In this document: positions 25,176 to 38,200 of the stretch, in pieces
Position numbering within the stretch: position 1 is the first letter of the stretch
Layout: each line of letters begins with the position of its first letter
Assembly (NCBI RefSeq): GCF_006345805.1
Contig: NC_043025.1
Location: 3,658,001-3,722,000, forward strand
Direction of reading: 5' to 3'
Origin: Octopus sinensis
Taxonomy: Eukaryota
DNA: 64,000 bases
The notes under the pieces: model-generated
What the model was told of the DNA's origin: nothing
Databases searched by the model: none
The model's input: only the letters and a program-made list of their open reading frames with translations
Position numbers and translations under genes: made by a program

Positions 25176-25666
25176 TATTATATAAATGTTATCAAGCTTG
25201 GCTTTCTTCTAAGAAGTTTGCTTTCCAACCATATGGTTCTGGATTCAGTCCCACTGCATGGCACCTTGGGCTAGTGCCTTCTATTAACCCCAGGCTGACC
25301 AAATTCTTGTGAGTTAATTTGTCAGACAGAAACTGATAGAAATCCTTCATATATACATTTTGTGTGTTTGTCTTTGTGCCCCACTTCACCACTGCTTAAC
25401 AAGTGGTGTTGGTTTGTTTACTTTACTGTAACTTAGTTGGCTAGCTAATACCGGTTGCCAAGTGCTGGGACATAGTCGGATGCACACACACACACACACG
25501 TGCGCACATTAACTGTGACTTCGAAGACCCGACAAATGCAGTGAGTTCATGGCTCACAGGACTGCCTGCTGCGCTAACCTTGGATTGTTGAGTGACCCGC
25601 TGTTCTTGAGGGGACCTTTTGAGTCAAGTTCGTTAAGACACCCATGCCGGTGACATGTAAAAGCAC

Positions 25667-25896
25667 CTATTTCTTTACTACCCACAAGGGGCTAAACACA
25701 GAGGGGACAAAGAAGAACAGACAAACGGATTAAGTCGATGACATCGACCCTAGTGTGTAAATGGTACTTAATGTATCGACCCCGAAAGGAAAGGCAAAGT
25801 CGACCTCGGCGGAATTTGAACGCAGAATGTAACGGCAGACGAAATGCGGCTAAGCATTTCGCCTGGCGTGCTAACGTTTCTGCCAGCTCGCTGCCA
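25667..25896 (-). mobile_element. SINE family B with 11-bp TSD, inside an RTE 3' UTR copy (about 25560-26200)
   Basis: GTAAAAGCACC at 25657-25667 and 25897-25907. Confidence 0.88.
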
Positions 25897-26289
25897 GTAA
25901 AAGCACCGTTCGAGCGTGGAAGTTACTAGCGTCGCCTGACTGGCGTCCGTGTCGGTGACATGTAAAAGCACCAACCGATCATGGCCGTTTGCCAGCTTGC
26001 TCTGGCTCCTGTGCAGGTGGCACGTAAAAAGCACCCACTACACTCACAGAGTGGTTGGCGTTAGGAAGGGAGGGCATCCAGCTGTAGAAAGACTGCCAGA
26101 TCAGACTGGAGCCTGGTGCAGCCTCCATGGCTTACCAGACCCCGGTCGAACCGTCCAACCCATGCTAGCATGGAAAACGGATGTTAGATGATGATGATGA
26201 TGAAGTCAGAAAAAAACAGGACACTCAATATGAAAAATAGAGCAGTTGTATTTTGATGTTATGGAGCAGTACGTATTACTGGTTATGAT

Positions 26290-26830
26290 AGTGGCACATA
26301 AAAAGCACCATCCGAACGTGGCCGATGCCAGCACCGCCTCGACTGGCTTCTGTGCCAGTGGCACATAGAAAGCACCAACCGATCGTGGCTGATGCCAGAC
26401 CCCTCTGGCACCTGTGGCCGATGCCAGCACCGCCTCGACTGGCTTCTGTGCCGGTGGCACATAAAAAGCACCATCCGAATGTGGCCGATGCCAGCACCGC
26501 CTCGACTGGCTTCTGTGCCGGTGGCACATAAAAAGCACCATCCGAACGTGGCCGATGCCAGCACCGCCTCGACTGGCTTCTGTGCCGGTGGCACATAAAA
26601 AGCACCAACCGATCGTGGCCGATGCCAGACCCCTCTGGCACCTGTGCAGGTGGCACATAAAAAGCACCCACTACACTCGCGGAGTGGTTGGCGTTAGGAA
26701 GGGCATCCAGCTGTAGAAACACTGCCAGATCAGACTGGAGACTGGAGCAGCCCCTGGCTCCCCAGACCCCGGTCGAACCGTCCAACCCGTGCTAGCGCGG
26801 AAAACGGACGTTAAACGATGATGATGATAG
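26290..26830 (+). mobile_element. RTE 3' UTR copy with about 6 internal units
   Basis: GTGGCACATAAAAAGCACC units, GGTTGGCGTTAGGAAGGGCATCC, (GAT)n tail. Confidence 0.9.
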
Positions 26831-27206
26831 CATCCTGAGCATAGGGTTTCCTGTCAACATGTCTCAAGAGGCATCTACATTGCCAACTGCAATACTCAGC
26901 ACAGAACCAAGCGTAGTCTGACTATTATATGCTCTAACCACTACTATACAGCTCCTTTTTCTGTGTGTATAGTAAAGACCCCCTTCGGTCATAGCTGACC
27001 ATGGCATTGCACCTAGAAAGTTACCCTCCAAGACACAAGTTTGAGCAAGGCTTTTTATGGAAGACCAGCAGTCTCCCATGCATACCAGCCTCTGTGCCAC
27101 TGTTGTTATCCAAGGAAAATGCAAAGGCTGATGCAGCCTGGCACCGATGACATCACAACTCATTTCCATCATCGGTTGTCAAGCGATGTTGGGGGGACAA
27201 ACACAG

Positions 27207-27237
<31 letters not shown>

Positions 27238-27240
27238 CAT

Positions 27241-27470
27241 CGGCGAGCTGGCAGAAATGTTAGGACGCCAGGCGAAATGCGTAGCCGTATTTCGTCTGCC
27301 GTTACGTTCTGAGTTAAAATTCCGCCGAGGTCGACTTTGCCTTTCATCCTTTCGGGGTCAATGAATTAAGTACCAGTTACGTATTGGGGTCGATTTAATC
27401 GACTTAATCCGTTTGTCTGTCCTTGTTTGTCCTCTCTGTGTTTAGCCCCTTGTGGGTAGTAAAGAAATAT
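27241..27470 (+). mobile_element. SINE family B nested in a minus-strand SINE A
   Basis: Match to 6076-6310; SINE A halves on both sides. Confidence 0.85.
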
Positions 27471-27624
27471 ATACATATATACAACGGGTTTCTTTCAGTT
27501 TCCGTCTACCAAATCCACTTACAAGGCTTTGGTTGGCCCGAGGCTATAGTAGAAGACACTTGCCCAAGAACCGTGTTGTTGGTAAGCAGGCTACTTACCA
27601 CACAGCCATATATATATATGTATG

Positions 27625-27915
27625 AATGACCACAGCATTGCATCTAGAAAGTTACCCTCCAAGGTACAAGTCCAGGCAATGTTGTTTATGGAAGACCAGC
27701 AGTCGCCCATGCATACCAGCCTCCTCTCTCCATGTCACTGATGTTATCCAAGGGAAAAGCAAAGGGGCCAATACAGCTTGGCACCAGTAATGTCGCAACT
27801 AATTTCTACAGCTGAGTGAACTGGAGCAATATGAAAGAAAGTGTCTTGCTCAAGAACTCAAGGTACAGCCTGATCTGGGAATCAAACTCACTACCTCTTG
27901 AGTGTGAGCCCAGGC
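27625..27915 (-). mobile_element. SINE family D (a second partial copy at 26970-27170)
   Basis: B-box-like GAGTTTGATTCCC and CORE-like CTTGAGCAAGACAC on the minus strand; body shared with 26990-27160. Confidence 0.65.
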
Positions 27916-27996
27916 GAATTTGAGAAAGCTTCTACTTTTTGTGGTAACTAAGGGCCTCTCTCTCAGAGTGAATGACAGATTGTATAACGCCTATGT

Positions 27997-28170
27997 GTGG
28001 AGGCACATGGCCTAGTGGTTAGAGCAGTGGACTCGCGGTCGAGGGATCACAGGTTCGAATTTCAGACTGGGCGATGTGTGTGTTTATGAGCGAAAACACC
28101 TAAGCTCCATGCGGCTCCGGCAGAAGGTAATGGCGAAACTTCTACCGACTCTTTCGCCACAACTTTCTCT
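27997..28170 (+). mobile_element. SINE family C head (tRNA-like)
   Basis: GGAGGCACATGGCCTAGTGG...GGTTCGAATTTC; same head as the 60.9-63.3 kb array. Confidence 0.85.
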
Positions 28171-28187
28171 CGCTTATGAGTAGGTAG

Positions 28188-28654
28188 AAACTGAAAAGAA
28201 TCCCATTGTATATGTAAGCGCTTGTGTGTGTGTATCTTTGTGGCTCTGTTTGTCTTTCCACCATTGTTTGACAAACGCTGTTGGTGTGTTTATGTCTCCG
28301 TAACTTAGTGGATTGGCAAACGAGAATAAAATAGAATAAGTACTAGGCTTACAAAGAATAAGTCTTGGGATTGATTTCTTCATAACCATCCTTTAAGGCA
28401 GTGCCCCAGCATGGCCACAGCCAAATGAGTGAAACAAGTAAAAGAATATATATACTCTTTTACTCTTTTACTTGTTTCAGTCATTTGACTGCGGCCATGC
28501 TGGAGCACCGCCTTTAGTCGAGCAATCGACTCCGGGACTTATTCTTTGTAAGCCCAGTACTTATTCTATCGGTCTCTTTTGCCGAACCGTTAAGTGACGG
28601 GGATGTAAACACACCAGCATCGGTTGTCAAGCAATGCTAGGGGGACAAACACAA

Positions 28655-28691
<37 letters not shown>

Positions 28692-28862
28692 CATATATAC
28701 GATAGGCTTCTTTCAGTTTCCGTCTACCAAATCTACTCACAAGGCATTGGTCGGCCCGGGGCTATAGCAGAAGATACTTGCCCAAGATGCCACGCAGTGG
28801 GACTGAACCCGGAACCATGTGGTTGGTTAGCAAGCTACTTACCACACAGCCACTCCTGCGCC
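28188..28862. mobile_element. Tail-to-tail inverted pair of SINE A copies
   Basis: Plus copy ends at 28445; minus copy starts at 28453. Confidence 0.85.
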
Positions 28863-28869
28863 TATATAT

Positions 28870-29402
28870 ATATCATCATCATCATTGTTTAGCGTCCGCT
28901 TTCCATGCTGGCATGGGTTGGACGGTGCAACTGGGGTCTGGGAAGCCAGAAGGCTGCACCAGGCCCAGTCTGATCTGGCAGTGTTTCTACAGCTGGATGC
29001 CCTTCCTAACGCCAACAACTCCGTGAGTGTAGTGGGTGCTTTTTACGTGCCACCCGCACAGGTGCCAGACGAGGCTGGCAAACAGCCATGATCGGATGCT
29101 GCTTTTTATGTGCCACCGGCACGGAGGCCAGATGAGGTTGGCAATGGCCACAATTGGATGGTGCTTTTTACGAGCCACTGGCACGGGGGCCAGATGAGGC
29201 TGGCAAACGGCCACGATCGGATGGTGCTTTTTACGTGCCACCGGCACAGAGGCCAGGCGAGGCTGGCAAACGGCCACGATTGGATGGTGCTTCTTACGTG
29301 CCACCGGCACGGAAGCCAGTCGGGGCGGCGCTGGCAAACGCCCACGATCGGATGGTGCTTTTTACGTGCCACCAGCGCTGGTATCACAGCTACAATTTCC
29401 AT
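28870..29402 (-). mobile_element. RTE 3' UTR copy
   Basis: (CAT)n start, about 5 internal units. Confidence 0.9.
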
Positions 29403-29735
29403 ACACACACACACACGCATTTAAAACACTCTAAGAGAATTTGTTGGATTTTTGTATATAATAAATTTTTATTAAATGCTACATCTTATTTTCTTAATTT
29501 CCTTTTATATATATACACACACACACGCATACACACACACACACACACACACACACAAGGTGGTGCTGCAAAGTTCCTGGCTGTGAGTAACAGAAAATAC
29601 AGAAGGATCAGTTAATTATGATTTTATTTAACATTTTCCCCTCTCAGATTCACATACCTATTGCAGCAGTCCTTCAGTTTTTCTAAGCCTGGGAAAGGAA
29701 GGTTGGGCCTCCAACAAGGCCTGTCGTGATACCCT

Positions 29736-29964
29736 TTAACCCTTTCGTTACTGAATTTATTTTGAGATGCTCAGTGTTTCTTCCAATTATGTTAAATATA
29801 ACAAAGAATTAAGTAAAATAACATCGTTATCATTAAGCTAGAGTTAGGGACATAAATTGTGACTAAGGTTTGGTGGAAGATTTTAATTCAGAACTTTTGA
29901 AAACAAGACATTTGTACTAAAGAGCCAGAGCCGGTTTCAGCCGGGTTGGTAACGAAAGGGTTAA
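29736..29964. mobile_element. Solo piggyBac-type MITE
   Basis: TTAA|CCCTTTCGTTAC...GTAACGAAAGGG|TTAA. Confidence 0.9.
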
Positions 29965-30109
29965 AGCCAGGAGCTTTTCAGCACCCCTTTGTATATATTG
30001 TTGATAATGATGAGAAAGATAATTAAATTTTTGTATTTATTTGTAAATCATAATTTTCTTTTTCTTTTTTTATGCAGGTATCCATGAGATTAGTTGTTCC
30101 TGCCGGGGG

Positions 30110-33100
30110 ATGGAGAATGACTTCCGAAATTGCCAAAACATTTCCAAAGTTGTGAAGAATATACCTCCAAATTTTACTAGGACTGTGAAGGCATCAAAGT
30201 GTGGCAAGGGTGGTAGTGGCCATCCCAGAGATTCTGCATCTGTTCAGAAGATAGATAAGGTGTCCCCAGTTTCATCGTCTGACCCCCATGTCACCACTGC
30301 TGCTAACAACACTCCTCTGAACAAACAATCAACAGTCTGTGTTGATGAGGCAGTTACTCTTCGAGAGATGCCCTGCGGCAAGGACACAGCATCAGAACAA
30401 CCAGCACTGCACGTAGGCCGTCAGAAGGTTGATATAACAGCCATGACGAATAAAAGCCAGAAAGTATTTGCCAAACTTCCGGGTCTCTCAAACCCGTTGT
30501 TGCAAGGTTTGTCTTCGGGAGACTGCGATAAGACAGGCAAGACCGATATCACTTCCTTGTCGCTTCCGAACAAAGGACAACCGCAGCAGCAAAAATCTCT
30601 CAATTATGATGTTGGTCATGTGTTCGGAGACATGTCTGTTGCACAATCAGGTGGTGCCGAGCCAAATCAGGCTCTAAGTAATACAAGCAGTTCCTCAAAT
30701 AATCTGTTTTTCAGAGCCAGTCACAACACATTACAAGTCTCTGGAGAAATGATAGGGGTTTGTCAGTCGTCGCTCAATACATGCTCAAGTTCATTTGCTG
30801 AAATTTCACACCAAAATGCAAGTGAATCCATTAAGAATAACAATTTTTACGACAATTCTAATACACAGAATGTAAACTGCAAAATGATTTTATCTGGTAC
30901 AGGACGCGAAACTAGCATTCCTGTGACCCGTACCCCCGCTCAACCAGCCGCCAGTGACCAGCCTATTTCTACAGGTGAGAGTCCCAAACCAGATTTGCCG
31001 TCTACATCAAGCCCTTGCCGAACAGAGTCAAACACAAAATCTAACATGGCCATCACCGACCCAGAACGTCTGGCTCTCATCAAACAGAGGAAGAGAGAGC
31101 GTAAGTTCCGTAAACTGCAGTCTTTGTCGGCTCTGATGAGGGCACCAGATGACCGTCACAGCATGGTGCAGCTCAACCCGCTCAGGCATGATCGAATCAC
31201 ACAAGAGAACTTCAAACAAGACAGTGGCAACTACTCCGGCAACTCGACAGGGTCTTCGAGGCTTGGTGACATTACCCAGAACCCTTTTAACTGGATGTCC
31301 TCATCTGTTGGCGCTTCAGCCACTGCGGGGACTGGTATGAACTTTGACAAAAAGCCATGGAGAGCTGACACAGGTAAAAAGACGTGCAGTTTCTTTCACG
31401 AACCTTCAATGCGAAACAACACCGTTTTGAGTGAGAATTTCTCAGAAATGACTAAGAATCGGTCAGATTACAAAACAGAGAAGAAATTGATCGATTCTGG
31501 ATCCAATTCCTGGCAGCTTCATAGCTCTAATAGTTCTGTGGTTGATGATGCATTACGTGTAGCTGCTTTGAAACATATCAAGAATGAGTCACCTTTGGAT
31601 GATCAGTTGCTGCTGTCAGCTTCTGGAAAAGTCTTAGACATTAACAGCAGCAACAAAAGAATTCTTGAGAACTTCCTCACGCCCCGTGTGAAGAAAGAGG
31701 ACAGCGGATCCGAATCAAGCTCATCAGTGTCGTCCGAGGAAGAGAATTGTCTGTCTCCTAAGATAAAAGGGTTAGGTTGCAAAGAAAAAATGTGGGGCAG
31801 CCCCAGTAAAAAGCATCGGCCACAGTCGAAATTTGGTGGCAACATGGTGAAGTTTAAGAATGGGGAAACAGACAGTTCGTCGTTGGATCACTTTCGGTCA
31901 CCACTCGTTAACAACTATCAGAAACGCACAAGAGACCCTGTGGACTACGAGGCGTCTGGAGTACATTCAGACAAGAGTGATAATACGTCGGAAGATGAAA
32001 CAGATAACGAAAGCGATAATAATAATAGTAATGATGATGACACTAGTAATAAGAGCTCTACAGCAAAGTTGTTTGGTAGCACGAAGAGGAAAAGTTATAA
32101 GGGTGGAGTGAAAAGGCGTGGTCGACCCCCTCTCTCTGATAAATTCAAATCTCAGAGCAACAAAACTGTCAAACGAAGGGGTCGACCATCACTGATGAGT
32201 AATTTCGGGAAAGGTGAAGCTCTAACGAAACAGACAAAGCTGGAAAAACCAACTACAATGGAACTGGACACAAAGCCCCAGTTGAAAAGTAAGGATGATA
32301 CTGCTGATAACAAAATCCCAAAGAGAAGGGGTAGGCCTCCGAAAAAAATTACTTACCCAGCTTCGGCCTCGGCCTCTCCTACTCCTATGTCCATTGACAC
32401 TCTCACCCCAGCTGTGGCCCTCTCTTCGCTCAATGCTCCTACCCTGGCCGAAGGCTCAAATTTAGTTGATATTTCCCCTACTTCTCCACCTTCAGAACTT
32501 ACCAGTGAGGAATTGCTGAAGGCCAGGCTAAACCTCCCAAGGCGTCGTGGCCGACCTAGTAAGGTTGATGTAATGTTGCGCGAAATGGCAGCTGCTCACC
32601 TCGCCACGGGACAGCCAGTGGCACTGCCGACGCCCGAGGCAGTGGCAGCCGCACTGGCACAGACTGCTGAAGTGCCGGCAAAGAAGAAGAAAGTAAATGC
32701 CCGTCGTCGTTATCATGCTTACGGACAACGGAAGCGGAGACGTCGGAAGAACACAAATTTGTTGAGGACGTTGTCGACGGTGGCAGCAGAACTTGATGCC
32801 GGGGCAGAGGGTGGGCCGCCGCCATCGGAATTGGCCAGGGGTGAAGAAGGAGCATCTGGGGTGTCGGGTGGTGGCGTCAACTTTCATCAGATGGTACCAG
32901 CACATCAGACGGCATACAATGAGGTGGAAGGAGCTGATGATGATGATGAGGAGGAAGAGGAGGATGAAGAGGGAGAAGACATGGAGCGAAAGGTGGAGGT
33001 ATATAGTGACAGAGGCTCAACTGCAAAGGAGGTGGAGGAGGAGGACAAAGCACTTATCAACAGGCGCCACTTCACTGATCGTCATCATCATCGTCGTCAT

Positions 33101-33140
33101 CATCGACATCATCATCATCAGCTTCAGGAATCCCAAGGTC

Positions 33141-33172
<32 letters not shown>

Positions 33173-35482
33173 AATAGTCATCATCGCCAGCTTCCATTGT
33201 CATCAACATCATCATCATCATCACTGCAAACATTGCCATCATCCGCAAACATTGTAGTTAGTCTGAGTGAGTTGCCCCGTCGTACTGAGCCGGCAGGGGA
33301 GGAGCAGCAGCTGGTGGGGGAACCAAACGCAAAGAAGAGGCAGAAGAAAAGAAAGAAGGATGCTGGTGGAGAGGGGGATGTGAAGAAACAGCGGAGTGGT
33401 GAGGTGGTGAGTGGCACTTCTGTTGGTGGTAGTAGTAGTAGTAATAATAATAATAATAACAACAACAACAGTTTGAAAGAAGTGGTTAAGCAAGAAGAGG
33501 AAGAGGAGGAGGACAGTGTGTTGTTGGCCAACGGGAACACATTCCGGGTGAAGATGATGAAGAGCAAACCGAACAGCAGTGCCAAGGGTCCGGTGTCGGC
33601 ATTTGCCAATTTGAAAGGGCTGAAGAAAGAGGTTCCAGTTGAGCATGGTGGCGAGGAGAACAGGCCAGCTGCTGCCCACACTACAGAAAAGCCCAAATCG
33701 AGGAATAAAAAAACTACCCCATCTTCCTCCTTCTCTTCTAGCTCTACTAAAGCTGGGGTCATCAAAATAAGTCGCAATAGCAACAACAATAATAAAACCA
33801 AAGTCAACAGCAACAACAGTAGTAGTAGTAGTAGTAGTAGTACAAGTACTACTACCACTACCACTACTACTATTACTACTACATCTACGACTCCTGCTAT
33901 TGGCAGTACCGCAAGGCAGATTACGCCACCAGTCTACAATGTGCCACGGGTCATGTTACCACCATGCATTAAGGATCACGGCATTGCATGCCTGATGTGT
34001 GGCCGAGTGCACACTCAGGACCATTTCTTCAAGTACATGGAACTTAAGTCGACGGAGACGTCACATCGATGTCCCCTCTGTGGCCAGTTCTTCTCATGGA
34101 GCTGCCTGTTCATTGAGCACATGCGTGGTCACCCAGAGAACACTGCGCAGTATCGTTGCGAATACTGTGGGTCGGTGTCGCGCAAAATCTCATCATATTT
34201 CAACTGTCGCATAACGCACTGTCCCCCCTCGCAGGAATGGTTCGACCTGCAGAAGGCTTGCGATGACTACCTGGCCAGCCTCGAGAACAAGTCTTCCGCT
34301 GCAGCAGCTAAGAAGCGACGCAAGGCTGCAGCAGCATCCTCATCGACCCCTTCAACAAAGAAAAAAGAATCCGGTGGGGAAGGTGGTGGTGGTGATGGCA
34401 GCAGCAGTGGTGGTGGTGGTGGTCGCAGTAGGAAGAAGCCGTCGGCAAAGCAACAAGAGAAAGACGGGGCTAATGCATCCGTAGAAAAGACGCAGTCCTC
34501 ACAAGCATCGCAGCAAAACACTGCCTCTGAGAGCAGCGGAAATTGTAGCAGTAGTGCCAACAGCAGCAGCAACAACAACAAGCGCAAAGGGCAGAAGCAG
34601 TCTAAAGGACGCAGATCAAGCGCTGACACAAAGACACCAGTAAAACCCACTAAGCCGTTTGTGTGTGATGTTTGTGAGAAGAGCTTCCTGAATTTGAAGC
34701 ATTTTACCAAGCACAAGGAGTCGCACAAAACTGAGACGAACACAAATTGTTGCAAAGACTGCAACAAGCAGTTTTCGAGCCTTGAATATTTAAATGCACA
34801 TAAATGCAGCCACAATACTACAGAAGGGTCTATGCCAGTGACTAATGTGTGTGCAGACAACAACAGTGAGGGCATTAGTGTAGCAGCAGACAACAACAAC
34901 AGTTGCGGCAGTCGCAGTAACTTTAAGTGCAGCCTTTGTGGTGCAGTTTTCTCAGATGCTCTCACCCTCAAAAACCACGTTGATTTATGTGATGGACTTC
35001 CTGACGGCAAGCGTTTGTCGGAGTCGCATAAATGCAGTATCTGCGAGCGTAGCTTCAAGTTCAAGCAGTCGTTGTTAAACCACATGCGGAGGCATACGGG
35101 GGAGCGGCCCTTTGTGTGCGAGTTGTGTGACAAGTCTTTTATGCAGGCTGGCAACCTTGAGCGGCACCGGCGCACCCACGAGCGCGACACCACCGCTCAG
35201 AGCCCGGCCGAGGAGAAGGGCAGCAACAAGCCGTTCACTTGCGAATACTGCGAGAAGGTCTTCACCGTAGAGGCCACCTACCAAATCCACTTGAAGGAGC
35301 ACGATGGCGAGGGCAACGAGCAGTTGCATTGTCCGTATTGCGATGAGCTGTTTGCCTCTCGTCACATGCTGAAGCTACACAAGCGCACACACAACGAACA
35401 CCGGCCGTTCAAGTGCAGTACATGCAGCCGGTGTTACAAGCACAAACATTCACTTGTTGAGCACCAACATAACTGCAGATAA
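30110..35482 (+). CDS. AT-hook and C2H2 zinc-finger protein, at least 1790 aa, in one very long exon
   Basis: Four (K/R)RRGRP AT-hooks at 32111-32557; about 9 C2H2/C2HC fingers in the C-terminal third with a TGERP linker; strong acceptor TTTTTATGCAG at 30077 and the frame is open from 30078, so the N-terminus may extend further. Confidence 0.95.
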
Positions 35483-35595
35483 TAATAATAGTTCGGGGAG
35501 GGGGGTGGCAGGGGAGGGAGGGGGGCAGGGGGCATATCTTTTGTATGTTTTTTTTGTTAGTTTTTAAAAATATAATCAAAACCTAAAAAAAGTAA

Positions 35596-35642
35596 AATTA
35601 TTATTATTATTATTATCATCATTATTATTATTATTATTATCA

Positions 35643-35676
<34 letters not shown>

Positions 35677-35750
35677 CATCATTATTATCATTATTATTAT
35701 CATCATTATTATTATTATTATTATCATCATTATTATTATTATTATTATTA
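35596..35750. repeat. (ATT)/(ATC) microsatellite in the probable 3' UTR
   Basis: Direct reading. Confidence 0.97.
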
Positions 35751-36352
35751 AGAAGGCAAGCTGGCAGAATCGTTAGCACGCTAGGCAAAATGCTTAGCAG
35801 TACTTTGTCTCTCACTGTGTCCTGAGTTCAAATACCGCCAGGTTGACTTTGCCTTTCATCCTTTCCTTTTGGTGGGGTCAATAAATTAAGTACCAGTGAA
35901 ACACTGGGGGGGGGGCAATATAATCGACAAGTCCCCCTCCCCACCAAATTTGAGGCCTTGTGTCTCCAGTAGAAACGATTATTATTATTATAAGCGGGGG
36001 GGGGAGCTGGCAGAATTGTTAGCAGCCAGGTAAAATACTTAGCGGTATTTCGTCTGCCGCTACATTCTGAGTTCAAACTCCACTGGGGTCAACTTGCCTT
36101 TCATCCTTTCAGGGTCGATAAATTAAGTACCAGTGAAACACTGGGTTCGATGTAATTGACTAGTCCCCTCCTACCAAATTCCAGGCCTTGTGCCTTTAGT
36201 AGAAAGTATTATTATTTTTATTATTAGGAGGAGGGCAAGCTGGCAGAGTTGTTAGCACACCTGGCAAAATACTTTTGCAGCGTTTTCTTTGTCCTTACTT
36301 TCTGAGTTCAAACTCTGCCATGGTCAACTTTGCCTTTCATCCTTTCAGTACC
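35750..36352 (+). mobile_element. Cluster of three degenerate SINE B-like copies
   Basis: Repeated GCTGGCAGA...CTGAGTTCAAA...TTGCCTTTCATCCTTTC heads. Confidence 0.75.
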
Positions 36353-37117
36353 TATTTCTTTATTAACCACAAGGGGACAAACAAGGACAGACATAGGTAT
36401 TAAGTCGATTACATCGATCCCAGTGCGTAACTGGTACTTAATTTATCAACCCCGAAAGGATGAAAGGTAAAGTCGACCTCGGCGGAATTTGAACTCACAA
36501 CGTAACGACAGACGAAATACCTTTTTCTTTATTACCCACAAGGGGCTAAACACAGGGGACAAACAAGGACAGACATAGGTATTAAGTCAGTTACATCGAT
36601 CCCAGTGCGTAACTGGTACTTAATTTATCAACCCCGAAAGGATGAAAGGTAAAGTCGACCTCGGCGGAATTTGAACTCACAACGTAACGACAGACGAAAT
36701 ACCTTTTTCTTTATTACCCACAAGGGGCTAAACACAGGGGACAAACAAGGACAGACATAGGTATTAAGTCAGTTACATCGATCCCAGTGCGTAACTGGTA
36801 CTTAATTTATCAACCCCGAAAGGATGAAAGGTAAAGTCGACCTCGGCGGAATTTGAACTCACAACGTAACGACAGACGAAATACCTTTTTCTTTATTACC
36901 CACAAGGGGCTAAACACAGGGGACAAACAAGGACAGACATAGGTATTAAGTCAGTTACATCGATCCCAGTGCGTAACTGGTACTTAATTTATCAACCCCG
37001 AAAGGATGAAAGGTAAAGTCGACCTCAGCAGAATTTGAACTCACAACGTAACGACAGACGAAATACCGCTAAGCATTTTGCCCGGCGTCCTAACAATTCT
37101 GCCAGCTTGCCGCCTTT
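36353..37117 (-). mobile_element. SINE family B tetramer (182-bp period) within one 14-bp TSD
   Basis: Marker at 36481, 36663, 36845 and 37027; TSD ATCCTTTCAGTACC at 36339-36352 and 37118-37131. Confidence 0.9.
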
Positions 37118-37551
37118 ATCCTTTCAGTACCAGTTACACACTGGGGTTGAGCTAATTGACTAGCTGCCTCACCCCAAATTTCAGGCCTTGTGCCTTTAGT
37201 AGAAAGTATTATTATTATTTTCTACTATAGACACAGGGCCTGAAATGTTGGTGGAGGTGGGTAGTTATTTACACTGAATTTGAAATTTACATTCTGAGCT
37301 CAAATGCTGTCGGGGCTGACTTTAACCTTCATCTTTTTGGGGTCAATAAAAAAAATTACCAGTTAAGTACTATGATCAAAGCAATTAACCTCTCCCTTCC
37401 CTCTTGTGTCTGTATTAAAACAACAACAGCAACAATAAATAATGATAATTGTTTATTATTATTATTATTAAGGCTGAGTTGTTAGTACGCCGGATGAAAT
37501 GCTTAGCAGTATTTCGTTGGTCTTTACGTCCTGAGTTCAAATTCCACATCA

Positions 37552-38200
37552 GCGCAGGAGTGGCTGTGTGGTAAGTAGCTTGCTTACCAACCACATGGCT
37601 CCGGGTTCAGTCCCACTGTGTGGCACCTTGGGCAAGTGTCTTCTGCTATAGCCCTGGGCCAACCAATGCCTTGTGAGTGGATTTAGTAGAGGGAAACTGA
37701 AAGAAGCTCATTGTATAGGCGCAGGAGTGGCTGTGTGGTAAGTAGCTTGCTTACCAACCACATGGCTCCGGGTTCAGTCCCACTGTGTGGCACCTTGGGC
37801 AAGTGTCTTCTGCTATAGCCCCAGGTCGACCAATGCCTTGTGAGTGGATTTGGTAGACAGAAACTGAAAGAAGCTTGTCGTATATATGTATGTATATATA
37901 TAAAGTTAATCCAAACAAGAAAGCACAAAAAAACACAACGCGAGGACGTGGAACAAATATAGTATTATTGTATATATAGGTATGTATGTGTATATTTTGT
38001 GTGTCTGTGTTTGTCCCCTTAGCATTGCTTGACAACCGATGCTGGTGTGTTTACATCCCCGTCACTTAGCGGTTCAGCAAAAGAGACCGATAGAATAAGT
38101 ACTGGGCTTACAAAGAATAAGTCCTGGAGTCGATTTGCTCGACTAAAGGCGGTGCTCCAGCATGGCCGTAGTCAAATGACTGAAACAAGTAAAAGAGAGA
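37552..38200 (+). mobile_element. SINE family A with a duplicated head
   Basis: Heads at 37552 and 37718. Confidence 0.88.

Noticed and set aside
29130-29330. CAGATGAG...GGCC units as hammerhead ribozymes
   Set aside because: The core is CAGAUGA rather than CUGAUGA and is followed by ACGA rather than GAAA; no stem I or III.
33181-35365. Long antisense ORFs (227, 146, 308 and 96 aa)
   Set aside because: Shadows of the GC-rich, trinucleotide-rich sense exon.
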